From a virus, in the IMG/VR virus record IMGVR_UViG_3300010370_000028, positions 71,390 through 135,389 of that record: DNA of 64,000 nucleotides; one strand, written 5' to 3'. Both the position numbers and the translations under genes were made by a program. Positions 56,039 to 64,000 of the stretch are shown piece after piece; position 1 is the stretch's first letter, and every line of letters starts with the position of its first letter. The notes below the pieces were generated by a model that had not been told where the DNA came from, ran no database searches, and saw only the letters and a program-made list of their open reading frames with translations.

Positions 56039-57931
56039 ATGAAAACTGCCGTTATTGCTTCCCCAATTATTGCATCAGAAAACATGGAAAGTTCCGTAAT
56101 GGGAATGGACTCCGTTGGTATGGATCTTGCCACATACTTTATGCGTGACAAGATTTACTCAAACAAGATTCGCGCAGTTGTGCGTGAGTATCTTTGTAAT
56201 GCCGTTGATGAACATGTTAAATTTGATATTGATCAACCTGTTCAAGTAGGTCTGCGTTCTGAAAACAACGAAGTTGTTTTTTATGTTCGTGATCATGCTA
56301 AAGGTCTTGATGAAGATGGTGTTCGCAACATCTTTGGAATGTATTTCCGTAGCACAAAATCCAAATCAAACGATTCGATTGGTGGTTTTGGAGTTGGTTC
56401 AAAAGCAGGTCATTGCTACAATGATACATTTTTTGTTACCTCATATTTTAATGGTAAAAAAAGCGTGTATACTTGTATGCTTGGTGCTGGTGATTCTGGC
56501 GTTCCAGTTGGTCACATTTACAAAGTAGATGAGTGTGAAACCAAAGAAAGTGGTTTGGAAGTTTCTGTGCCAGTAAAGTATAGAGATTATACTTCTTTTG
56601 AAGAGGAGATTGATTTTTTTATTCATAATTCTCCTCACAATATTGAATGTAAAATCTTTGAGCGTGAAATTTATAAACCAAATAAATTGGTTAATTCCAT
56701 CGAATTCGATGGTTTTAAAATCCGACTGCTAAAAACTAAAAACGAAAGTTATTCTTCTGGCAGTATTATTCTGCAAATGGGTGGAGTGACATATGGTAAT
56801 ATCGGCATTTATGAATTTGACTTCAAAGTTAAAGCGGGTCATGAGCTTTGTGTTGATATTCCAATTGGTTCAATGACTATTCCGATCAGTCGTGAATCTT
56901 TCGAAGAAACACCTCAAAACAAAAATGTTATTAACCGCATTAAAGAAATTCTTCAAGAACTTGCTGACAAGGATCTTGCTCAATTTAAAACCAAGGGTAC
57001 TCTTGAAATCTTGAATGATGTTCTTGGTGGAATGTGGAATGGAGAGTATGAGGGAGATATTTTCTCATGCCGTACACAAAGTCTTTTTAAAGATGTTTGG
57101 AGTGTTGTCGGTAGTTCTCGTAAGCTATTTGATTCAGATGCGACTGAAAAGAATGGCAAGCCAGTTCTTGTAACGATTCCAGACAATCACAACTCAGATT
57201 ATTGGCTTACGAAAGTGAGAAACTTTGCAAAAGATAATAATGAAAATTATTTTGTTGTTTGTGAAAGCAAGTTCTCTTCCAGAGATATCAACCCACAAAA
57301 AATTCATGACGCTTTGACTGTCATTTCTGCCAAGAAAATCAAATATCCCAAAGCTAAAAAGAATAATAAACTTTTTGCGGTTTATGATGCTCATAACAGA
57401 AAGATTGGTGAGATGGCTCCCCTTGAACTTCATAACCATGCTCGTAAAATACTTCAACTTCCATTGGCAGATACCGAAGAGGAAGCTGTAGAACAAAACG
57501 AGGAATACTTTTCTGATATTGAAAAATGCAATCTTGAATCTTTTTCGATAGGAATTAAGAGTTGTAGCACTCGTATTTATAAATGCAATTCAACAGTCTT
57601 TGTTAGTGAGATGACTAAGCTTGGTTGGCTACACAATGTTTCCGAAAAGTTTAACGACATTCGTAAAAAAATCGAAGAAGCTAAACAAGAAAGATACAAA
57701 AGAATTTCTACGATTAATAACTGCATTAAAAGTTGGCTAATTTTTTCAGAAAAGACTCAAGAAGGAATTAAAAAATATAAAAATGCCCTGCGTATTCAAA
57801 ATGTGTGGGAGAAAATTAGCAAAGAAGATTCTTTCCGTAGCAAGATCATCAAATCTCTTGATTCTGGTAGCTACTATTCTTCACCCAAGTATTCTCGTGG
57901 AGAATTCAGAAAGATCATGAACATGAAATAA
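56039..57931 (+). CDS. rIIA: rIIA-like protein (GHKL ATPase N-domain)
   Basis: KIYSNKIRAVVREYLCNAVD, VRDHAKGL, YFRSTK..SND.IGGFGVGSK; adjacent rIIB. Confidence 0.88.
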   Translation: MKTAVIASPIIASENMESSVMGMDSVGMDLATYFMRDKIYSNKIRAVVREYLCNAVDEHVKFDIDQPVQVGLRSENNEVVFYVRDHAKGLDEDGVRNIFGMYFRSTKSKSNDSIGGFGVGSKAGHCYNDTFFVTSYFNGKKSVYTCMLGAGDSGVPVGHIYKVDECETKESGLEVSVPVKYRDYTSFEEEIDFFIHNSPHNIECKIFEREIYKPNKLVNSIEFDGFKIRLLKTKNESYSSGSIILQMGGVTYGNIGIYEFDFKVKAGHELCVDIPIGSMTIPISRESFEETPQNKNVINRIKEILQELADKDLAQFKTKGTLEILNDVLGGMWNGEYEGDIFSCRTQSLFKDVWSVVGSSRKLFDSDATEKNGKPVLVTIPDNHNSDYWLTKVRNFAKDNNENYFVVCESKFSSRDINPQKIHDALTVISAKKIKYPKAKKNNKLFAVYDAHNRKIGEMAPLELHNHARKILQLPLADTEEEAVEQNEEYFSDIEKCNLESFSIGIKSCSTRIYKCNSTVFVSEMTKLGWLHNVSEKFNDIRKKIEEAKQERYKRISTINNCIKSWLIFSEKTQEGIKKYKNALRIQNVWEKISKEDSFRSKIIKSLDSGSYYSSPKYSRGEFRKIMNMK

Positions 57932-57970
57932 TTATTGACAAAACAAACAACCTAACCTATCATAAATAGT

Positions 57971-58957
57971 ATGAAGTACATCATTAATGCCGCTGGAATC
58001 GTGTTCTTTCATCAGAACAAACCAATTAAAATCGACAAATCATCGCCCCAATATTTGCGTGTTGTAAAGGCTTTTGATTTGCCAGAAAGTGAACAAGAGC
58101 AAGCTATTCTTGAAATCTTGGATCAAACCGCAGGTAACTTTGAGCGAGATGGTTTTAAAATCACTCCAGATGAAGTCATCTATAACAACGAAGTAATGCC
58201 GCGAGCATTAGCAGATAAGATTCGTGCAATTGCACAGGAAGGTTTGCCAGTTTCTATTTTCGCAAAATTCTGGGATAATCTTCAACTCAATCCTTCTGCA
58301 AATTCTGTTCGTGAATTGTATGACTTCCTTGCTTATAAGGAATTGCCAATTACTGAAGATGGATACTTCCTTGCTTACAAAGGTCTAACCAAAGATGGTT
58401 GGTCGATCTCTGGGAACAAAGAAACCAAAGTTCTCAAGGGTAAGGTAGACAATGCTGGTAGAATCTTTAATGGTCTAAACGAAGAAATTGAAGTTCGTCG
58501 TTGGGACGTTGATGACAATCGTCAACATCATTGTTCATACGGACTCCATGTTGGATCTCTCGACTACGCACAAGGTTTTGCCCAAGGGCAAGTTGTGGTT
58601 GTAAAGGTTAATCCAAAAGATGTTGTTAGCGTTCCAGAGGATTGTGATTGTCAAAAGTGCAGAGTTTCTGCTTATAAGGTTATTGATATTTTCTCGCAAG
58701 AGATTGAATGTCCAGTATGCGATGAAGATGGTGAGGAAATTATCAATGAAGATCAAATCGAATACAATGAATTTGAAACCCGAATCGATAATTATCTTCG
58801 TAGAAAGTATGGACAGCAAGATCTTGTATCTGTTCGTGCAATTCAAAACTCTTTTTCTCCAGAGTATCCATCAAAGGTTCGTGTGCTTGATGCACTCAAT
58901 ACCCTTGATTATACTTGGATTAAAGATGAAGATGGGAATGAGCAAGTTCTCATCTAA
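57971..58957 (+). CDS. rIIB: rIIB-like protein
   Basis: FWDNLQLNPS, LPITEDGYFLAYK, CSYGLHV, VNPKDVVSVP.D..K.RV..Y. Confidence 0.92.
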   Translation: MKYIINAAGIVFFHQNKPIKIDKSSPQYLRVVKAFDLPESEQEQAILEILDQTAGNFERDGFKITPDEVIYNNEVMPRALADKIRAIAQEGLPVSIFAKFWDNLQLNPSANSVRELYDFLAYKELPITEDGYFLAYKGLTKDGWSISGNKETKVLKGKVDNAGRIFNGLNEEIEVRRWDVDDNRQHHCSYGLHVGSLDYAQGFAQGQVVVVKVNPKDVVSVPEDCDCQKCRVSAYKVIDIFSQEIECPVCDEDGEEIINEDQIEYNEFETRIDNYLRRKYGQQDLVSVRAIQNSFSPEYPSKVRVLDALNTLDYTWIKDEDGNEQVLI

Positions 58958-58975
58958 TAATAACGGTGGCAATAA

Positions 58976-59003
58976 GCAGGAGGGGTTGGGGAACCCCTCC
59001 TGC
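58976..59003 (+). terminator. GC-rich 12-bp hairpin after rIIB (probable terminator)
   Basis: GCAGGAGGGGTT-GGGG-AACCCCTCCTGC followed by ACATCTTTTT. Confidence 0.65.
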
Positions 59004-59017
59004 ACATCTTTTTGAGT

Positions 59018-59350
59018 ATGGCTAAAAACGATATTACAGGAGACGAAATCAAATCAAAAGCCCTTTCAAAACAAGGAAGGGAAAATTACGACTTTATTTT
59101 TAGAAAAAAACAAATGAAACCAAATTATAAATTAGCAAGCGCAACTTGGTGTGGACCATGTTCAGCATTGAAATCTCGTATCGCAAAAGAAGGTCTTTCT
59201 GTTGAGATTGAAGATATGGATGATAATCCAGACTTTTTTAAGAATTTTAATATCAAATCTGTTCCACAGTTGGTTGTTTTCAAAGAGGAATCTTTTGAAA
59301 CTATTTCTGGTTCTGAAGATATTATTAAATTTATTAAAGAAAATCAATGA
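59018..59350 (+). CDS. Thioredoxin/glutaredoxin-like protein (alternative start 59114)
   Basis: WCGPC, IKSVPQL. Confidence 0.8.
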   Translation: MAKNDITGDEIKSKALSKQGRENYDFIFRKKQMKPNYKLASATWCGPCSALKSRIAKEGLSVEIEDMDDNPDFFKNFNIKSVPQLVVFKEESFETISGSEDIIKFIKENQ

Positions 59351-59577
59351 ACGATGACCTAATTAAAATGGATGGCTACGATGATTGTATTGTTGGTGTA
59401 GTCGAAAGATTTGGTCAAGATTCTTATTTTATCTATGATAAAGATTTAGTTCTTGAAAAACTTCAGAAAGATGGTATGTCTTATGAAGAGGCACTTGAGT
59501 ATTATGAATATAATCAACTTGGCGCTTATGTTGGAGAAAGAACACCTGCATTTTTAATTAGAGATTATGAGCTATAA
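59347..59577 (+). CDS. Conserved hypothetical phage protein
   Basis: DGYDDCIVG...EEALEYYEYN..GAYVGERTP. Confidence 0.7.
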   Translation: MNDDLIKMDGYDDCIVGVVERFGQDSYFIYDKDLVLEKLQKDGMSYEEALEYYEYNQLGAYVGERTPAFLIRDYEL

Positions 59578-60013
59578 TTTGTTTTTAGATGATCTGAGAA
59601 AACCAGAACACGCTTATATTTATCCCAAGCGTAATGGTGCTGGCTTGATCATTGAAACACAAAGTTTAAAATATGTTTCTAATGTTCAGAATGATGATTG
59701 GATTGTAGTAAGAAACTATGATGACTTTGTTAAAACAATAAAAGAAAAAGGATTGCCAGATGTTGTAAGTTTTGATCACGATCTTCATGAAGAACACATT
59801 AAACATTATTATAGTGTCACAGAAAAAACTGGTATTATTGAATACGGCAATCTAAAAATTAAAACTGGCAAGCATTGTGCAGAATATTTTGTGCAGAAAT
59901 GCCAAAAACTAAAACCAAAAAATTTACCAGAAGTTTTTATTCATAGCGCCAATAAATGGGGTGTTGAAGAAATTAAAAATGTATTAAAACAAATCTACAA
60001 CTTTTATGATTAA
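59567..60013 (+). CDS. Cyclic-phosphate-processing receiver-like domain protein
   Basis: LFLDDLR, VSFDHDL, KTG..CA, IHSAN..G. Confidence 0.75.
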   Translation: MSYNLFLDDLRKPEHAYIYPKRNGAGLIIETQSLKYVSNVQNDDWIVVRNYDDFVKTIKEKGLPDVVSFDHDLHEEHIKHYYSVTEKTGIIEYGNLKIKTGKHCAEYFVQKCQKLKPKNLPEVFIHSANKWGVEEIKNVLKQIYNFYD

Positions 60014-60530
60014 GAGGATATTCCAAGACTTGGATGAATGCATTCTTCATACATTTGCAAATGCAATGCCCTATGAAGGTGAAAAGTATGTTGAGTTTGA
60101 ATTAACTGACGACATGCATATTTATCGTAGCGTGATTCGTCCTTGTGCAAAAGAACTTTTTGAATATTATAATAGTGTTGTAGGTAAAGATAATGTTTAT
60201 ATTCTTACGACTGCAACTCGTGATTATGCTCATGCATTAAATCGTCTTGGTGAATTTGGTTTGGATGAGCATCATATTTTTACACGCGAAGATATTCAAC
60301 AATATAAAGTATCATGGGGTTGGGATGGTGAAGGTGTGACTCCATTGCCGATTGCTGATAAAGATAATGTGCTTATTGATAATCTGCCTCCTCGCTATAA
60401 TGAAGTAAAGATGAGTATGATGGGTATCGTCACTAAAAACTATTATCAGACTCCAGAATATTATGGAAACAATTTGAGTGAAGATAATTTCTTAGCAGGA
60501 ATCAAAAAGTTTATTGAAGATAGACGATGA
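60006..60530 (+). CDS. HAD phosphatase (FCP1/NIF-like)
   Basis: DLDECILH, IRP, ILTTATRDYA, LIDN. Confidence 0.75.
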   Translation: MIKRIFQDLDECILHTFANAMPYEGEKYVEFELTDDMHIYRSVIRPCAKELFEYYNSVVGKDNVYILTTATRDYAHALNRLGEFGLDEHHIFTREDIQQYKVSWGWDGEGVTPLPIADKDNVLIDNLPPRYNEVKMSMMGIVTKNYYQTPEYYGNNLSEDNFLAGIKKFIEDRR

Positions 60531-60805
60531 AATATAAAATTACAATTAGCGAAGGATGTACAGCATTCTATACTGAAATCAATGAAAAGATTGTTGGTGG
60601 TGAGTATGAACCTACACGCTTTCCAGAAGAAGAAATTGACGAACTTATCGACTATCTTTGCGAGCGATTCAAAGAAGAGCGCAAGCAGGGTACTGTACTT
60701 CTCGACGATTTAATTAAATGCTTTCAACCAGACAGTTGGCGCTATGATGAAGAGTTTTGTGATCAATGTGGAGATACTGTAAGCACCCAAACTTGGGAAT
60801 TGTGA
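60527..60805 (+). CDS. Hypothetical protein
   Basis: ATGA-coupled; C-terminal CDQCGD. Confidence 0.6.
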   Translation: MKYKITISEGCTAFYTEINEKIVGGEYEPTRFPEEEIDELIDYLCERFKEERKQGTVLLDDLIKCFQPDSWRYDEEFCDQCGDTVSTQTWEL

Positions 60806-60849
60806 ATTTTATTGTTTACAAAGGATAGGAACTTTGGTATAATAGTCAT

Positions 60850-61047
60850 ATGAACAACCTAAGTCCGCTTGAAATTAACAACCTCATCGAATATGAGAAG
60901 TTGCGTAGTTTTGTCGAACTCGTGTCAAACGGCAAACGACCAGACGGCACTTATAACTATTGCCGCGAAGCATTAGAAAAGAAAGCACAACAACTACTAG
61001 AAGAATTAAAAGAAATTAAAAATGAAGCTTTGGAGCATATGGGCTAA
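60850..61047 (+). CDS. Hypothetical protein
   Basis: TTTACA(60815)-17 nt-TATAAT 6 nt upstream. Confidence 0.65.
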   Translation: MNNLSPLEINNLIEYEKLRSFVELVSNGKRPDGTYNYCREALEKKAQQLLEELKEIKNEALEHMG

Positions 61048-61177
61048 AGCAATGGGATCAAAGATCAGTGACAATGATCGTGAGTCTGACATTGCTGCAA
61101 TAGTAAGAACAATTTTTTGGATTGTAAATTTAATTACGTGCTTTTTTATTATTGCAAATACACTAAGACATTGGTAG
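61022..61177 (+). CDS. Small membrane protein (51 aa)
   Basis: MKLWSIWAKAMG...ITCFFIIANTLRHW with one TM segment. Confidence 0.6.
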   Translation: MKLWSIWAKAMGSKISDNDRESDIAAIVRTIFWIVNLITCFFIIANTLRHW

Positions 61178-61186
61178 AATATAATT

Positions 61187-61405
61187 ATGAATATAAAATA
61201 TAAACATCCATATCCACCTATTGATCCCCAAGATGAGAAACTTTATGATATTGAGTTGCATGACGGAACCTGTATAGAAGGAGTAGAGTACTGGTGTTTT
61301 GGTGACGGATTTATATCTCATCCACGCAAAGAAAGAAGAGAGATGGTTGATTATCATATTAGTGATATTATTTCATTTCAATTAAGTGAAAAGGAACAAA
61401 AGTAA
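61187..61405 (+). CDS. Hypothetical protein
   Basis: ORF track. Confidence 0.5.
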   Translation: MNIKYKHPYPPIDPQDEKLYDIELHDGTCIEGVEYWCFGDGFISHPRKERREMVDYHISDIISFQLSEKEQK

Positions 61406-61579
61406 AATATGAATAAAAAACCTAAAGTCACTTATGAATGCTCGTGTTTAAAATACGGAGTTTTGAGAAGTGCTTGCAGAGGACCACAGGGTTGCCAAGC
61501 TGACAGAGATCGTGAAGCGTATGAAGCGTATTTGGAATCAAAGAAACAAAAGCGTTGGGTTTGGAAAAAACAATAAAAT

Positions 61580-62464
61580 ATGATTATGACAGATGAAATT
61601 ACATATTTTTTGCAACGAGGTGATGTCTCGTTGAAAGAAAAATTTGCTGTAAAAAACTTAAATCTGTCATCTGTGTTTTGTGGATATGACGATATTGCAG
61701 ATTGTTTCAACAAATTAAGTATTTTAAATAACATTCCGCAAAATTATATTCCAGTAGGATCAGTAGAGTTTATCAACAAATATGCCGACAATTTTGGAAT
61801 TGATTTGCCAGAAAACATTTCATATCCAGAATGTTTGCAAAAATACTTAAAAAGAGATTTAAGAAAAGGAATTTTTATTGCCGCAAACGACTATGAATTT
61901 GTCAAACCTCAATCTACAAAAATATTTACTGGAGCAATTAAAAAAGATTTAAAGGAAAATGTCGTTGATTGTGAACCAGTTTGGATTTCTGAACCAATGT
62001 CTTTTGATGCTGAATTTAGATATTATGTAGTTGATGGTAAAATAGTTGGTCACTCTCGCTATGATGACTTTGAAAATGATTTATGCGCAGATGAAAACGT
62101 TGTAAGACAAATGATTTGTGACTATACAGATCAACCAGTAGGTTATTCAATAGATGTCGGAATAAACAGCGATAACGGTGAAACTGTTTTGATTGAAGTA
62201 AATGATGGTTGGGCATTAGGTTTATATCCTTGGGGAAATATGAGCAATGAAAGTTACGTAGATTTGATTACAAAAAGATGGAAGCAAATTATTGAAAAGA
62301 AAAAATTGGTGAAGTATCAACAGGAAATTTTAAATACTCTCGATAATGTAGATCAGTTTAGATTATGCAATAGTCGTTTTACATACAGCAAAAGTGAAGA
62401 GTATTATAGAAAACTTATAAAAGAATTTATCAAGGAAGAAACTACAATAAAGGAACTCAGATAA
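61580..62464 (+). CDS. ATP-grasp protein (R2K/DUF4343-like)
   Basis: PVGSVEF, YPECL, FVKP..TK.FTG, EFRYYV, SIDVG, LIEVNDGWALG.Y. Confidence 0.8.
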   Translation: MIMTDEITYFLQRGDVSLKEKFAVKNLNLSSVFCGYDDIADCFNKLSILNNIPQNYIPVGSVEFINKYADNFGIDLPENISYPECLQKYLKRDLRKGIFIAANDYEFVKPQSTKIFTGAIKKDLKENVVDCEPVWISEPMSFDAEFRYYVVDGKIVGHSRYDDFENDLCADENVVRQMICDYTDQPVGYSIDVGINSDNGETVLIEVNDGWALGLYPWGNMSNESYVDLITKRWKQIIEKKKLVKYQQEILNTLDNVDQFRLCNSRFTYSKSEEYYRKLIKEFIKEETTIKELR

Positions 62465-62467
62465 AAC

Positions 62468-62665
62468 ATGATTATGACAACTGTACCTGACAAAGCAAAT
62501 TTAAAAAGCATCAATAAATATGATTCTTTGACTCAACTTATGATTCTCAAAGACATTTGTAATCGCATCCATATTGCGCGAAACATTACACTGTCACAAG
62601 ACTCTATAGTTGACAATTTAGAAAAAATCGATAGACTGTTCAGAGACGATGAAAACTGGAATTGA
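62468..62665 (+). CDS. Hypothetical protein
   Basis: ORF track. Confidence 0.5.
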   Translation: MIMTTVPDKANLKSINKYDSLTQLMILKDICNRIHIARNITLSQDSIVDNLEKIDRLFRDDENWN

Positions 62666-62954
62666 ATTTGTGTCTGATCTCACCGAAGCAGAGATGCGTC
62701 AACTGCTGTTTGATATCTACGAGCGAGTGCCAATTGCTGATGAAGATCTTTCTTACTCAGCATTGCCAGATAAGATCACTCGTGTTGTCAATGAAGCACA
62801 TCGTCTCTTTAAACTGGAAGAGGCAGTGACAGCATATATTGTTGAAGAATGTAATAATGGAGATATTGGTGTTCAAGACCCAATTAACTTTTTGCTTGCA
62901 TCTCATCGTATGCTGAGATATAATCTACACGATACTTGGAAAGAAGAATATTGA
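62649..62954 (+). CDS. Hypothetical protein
   Basis: ORF track. Confidence 0.6.
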   Translation: MKTGIEFVSDLTEAEMRQLLFDIYERVPIADEDLSYSALPDKITRVVNEAHRLFKLEEAVTAYIVEECNNGDIGVQDPINFLLASHRMLRYNLHDTWKEEY

Positions 62955-63019
62955 TATGAGCGTATTAGATGAAGTTTATACGCCTATGCTTGGTGGATAT
63001 CAAAATAAAGAAGAATAAC

Positions 63020-63262
63020 ATGAAAGAATATATGAAAATTGATTTAGAGTATAAAGATGTTGGTGATTTCCCCCCATCTTCTGTTAAGGAGATTATCGAA
63101 AAACTTCAAAAACTTCCACAAGATTTACCTTGTTATATTCGTCCAAAATATTTTGGAACTATAAAACCATATTATGACGTTCCGTTTAATATAAAAGGTA
63201 TTTCTAAAATGGAACCATTTGAACATGGAGTAAATAAAGAACATATAACTTTTTTGGTATAA
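63020..63262 (+). CDS. Hypothetical protein
   Basis: ORF track; start uncertain (62969 or 63020). Confidence 0.5.
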   Translation: MKEYMKIDLEYKDVGDFPPSSVKEIIEKLQKLPQDLPCYIRPKYFGTIKPYYDVPFNIKGISKMEPFEHGVNKEHITFLV

Positions 63263-63269
63263 TAGACCC

Positions 63270-63863
63270 ATGAGCATACTAGATGAAGTTTATACACAGA
63301 GTCCTTGGAGGGTTTTTAAAAGCCCTTCATTGCTATTCAATAGTTTTTATTGGTTAGATGTAAGATATAATATTAGTGCATACTTCAACCCTCGTCAAAA
63401 ATGGTTGACAAAGACTATTCCTAATCGTTGGTGTGATAAGACATCTCTTATTCCTCATTTGCTTTTTACCTGTCTCGTTCACTATGTAGAAGAAGAAAAG
63501 GGTCTACAAGATGAGTATGATTACACTGAAGATCTTAAAGCGGGTTATGTCTCACAAGAGTATGTAGACAACGTGATGACTACAGATCGTGAACTCCGTG
63601 AGATTTATAATTATATTAAAATTGAACGACCAGATCTTGTAGAACAACATGAAAATTCATATCCAACACCAAATAACAAAGCGTGTGATTTCTTTATCAA
63701 AGGTGCTGACGGTCACTATACAATGAGAAGTTGTGAAGATCTTTATGGTTTTCCATATGAAGAAGCGTATGCTGAAACTCATCGTCTTGAAGCACTGCTT
63801 GAAGAAAAAGATATGTGGGCAATGAAGACTATAATCAAACACTATCAAAAAATGTGGACATGA
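63270..63863 (+). CDS. Conserved hypothetical phage protein
   Basis: WCDK...LVHYVEEE...KMWT pattern. Confidence 0.65.
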   Translation: MSILDEVYTQSPWRVFKSPSLLFNSFYWLDVRYNISAYFNPRQKWLTKTIPNRWCDKTSLIPHLLFTCLVHYVEEEKGLQDEYDYTEDLKAGYVSQEYVDNVMTTDRELREIYNYIKIERPDLVEQHENSYPTPNNKACDFFIKGADGHYTMRSCEDLYGFPYEEAYAETHRLEALLEEKDMWAMKTIIKHYQKMWT

Positions 63864-64000
63864 AAAAATTTAGAATTATTAAATATCATAATAAACACAC
63901 CAAGCAAACTTTTTATAAAATTCAGGAACGAATTTTTTTCTTATGGTGGGAACTAGGTAATTTTAAAAAGAGAGAAATCTATGAAACAATAGAAGAAGCA
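63860..64000 (+). CDS. Hypothetical protein (3'-truncated)
   Basis: ATGA-coupled; MKKFRIIKY...IQERIFFLWWE open to window end. Confidence 0.5.
   Translation, partial: MKKFRIIKYHNKHTKQTFYKIQERIFFLWWELGNFKKREIYETIEEA

Noticed and set aside
1-64000. Stop-codon reassignment
   Set aside because: Conserved genes are full-length in code 11, all three stops are used, and no suppressor tRNA is present

Overview
AT-rich 64-kb segment of a large tailed dsDNA bacteriophage (standard code 11; no integrase, rRNA or CRISPR array seen). Left to right: a glycan-synthesis block (glycosyltransferases, sugar C-methyltransferase, FkbM, GDP-mannose 4,6-dehydratase); a replication block (RecA/UvsX, DnaB, primase, Cas4/RecB-like nuclease, a DnaE split into PHP + exonuclease + polymerase genes, ClpA/C ATPase); minus-strand tail-fibre genes and a SET-domain gene; a Whirly-like protein, more glycosyltransferases, a kinase-fold protein and a GNAT; a lambda-like tail-tip module (gpL-K-I-J) with large lectin and coiled-coil insertions; thyX; a 12-tRNA array with unassigned structured RNAs and two antisense HNH genes; lysis genes; rIIA/rIIB and small early genes. 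The strongest novelty candidates are (1) a 62-nt tmRNA reduced to its tRNA-like domain (50965-51026), with no mRNA-like domain, and (2) HNH cassettes in the tRNA array, each followed by what may be a divergent replacement tRNA (Asn with a recoded elbow; Ile with a UAU anticodon). Promoter placement suggests mostly leaderless transcripts under two promoter classes (sigma70-like and GTGTAA). All protein assignments are motif recognition by eye; no database searches were run.
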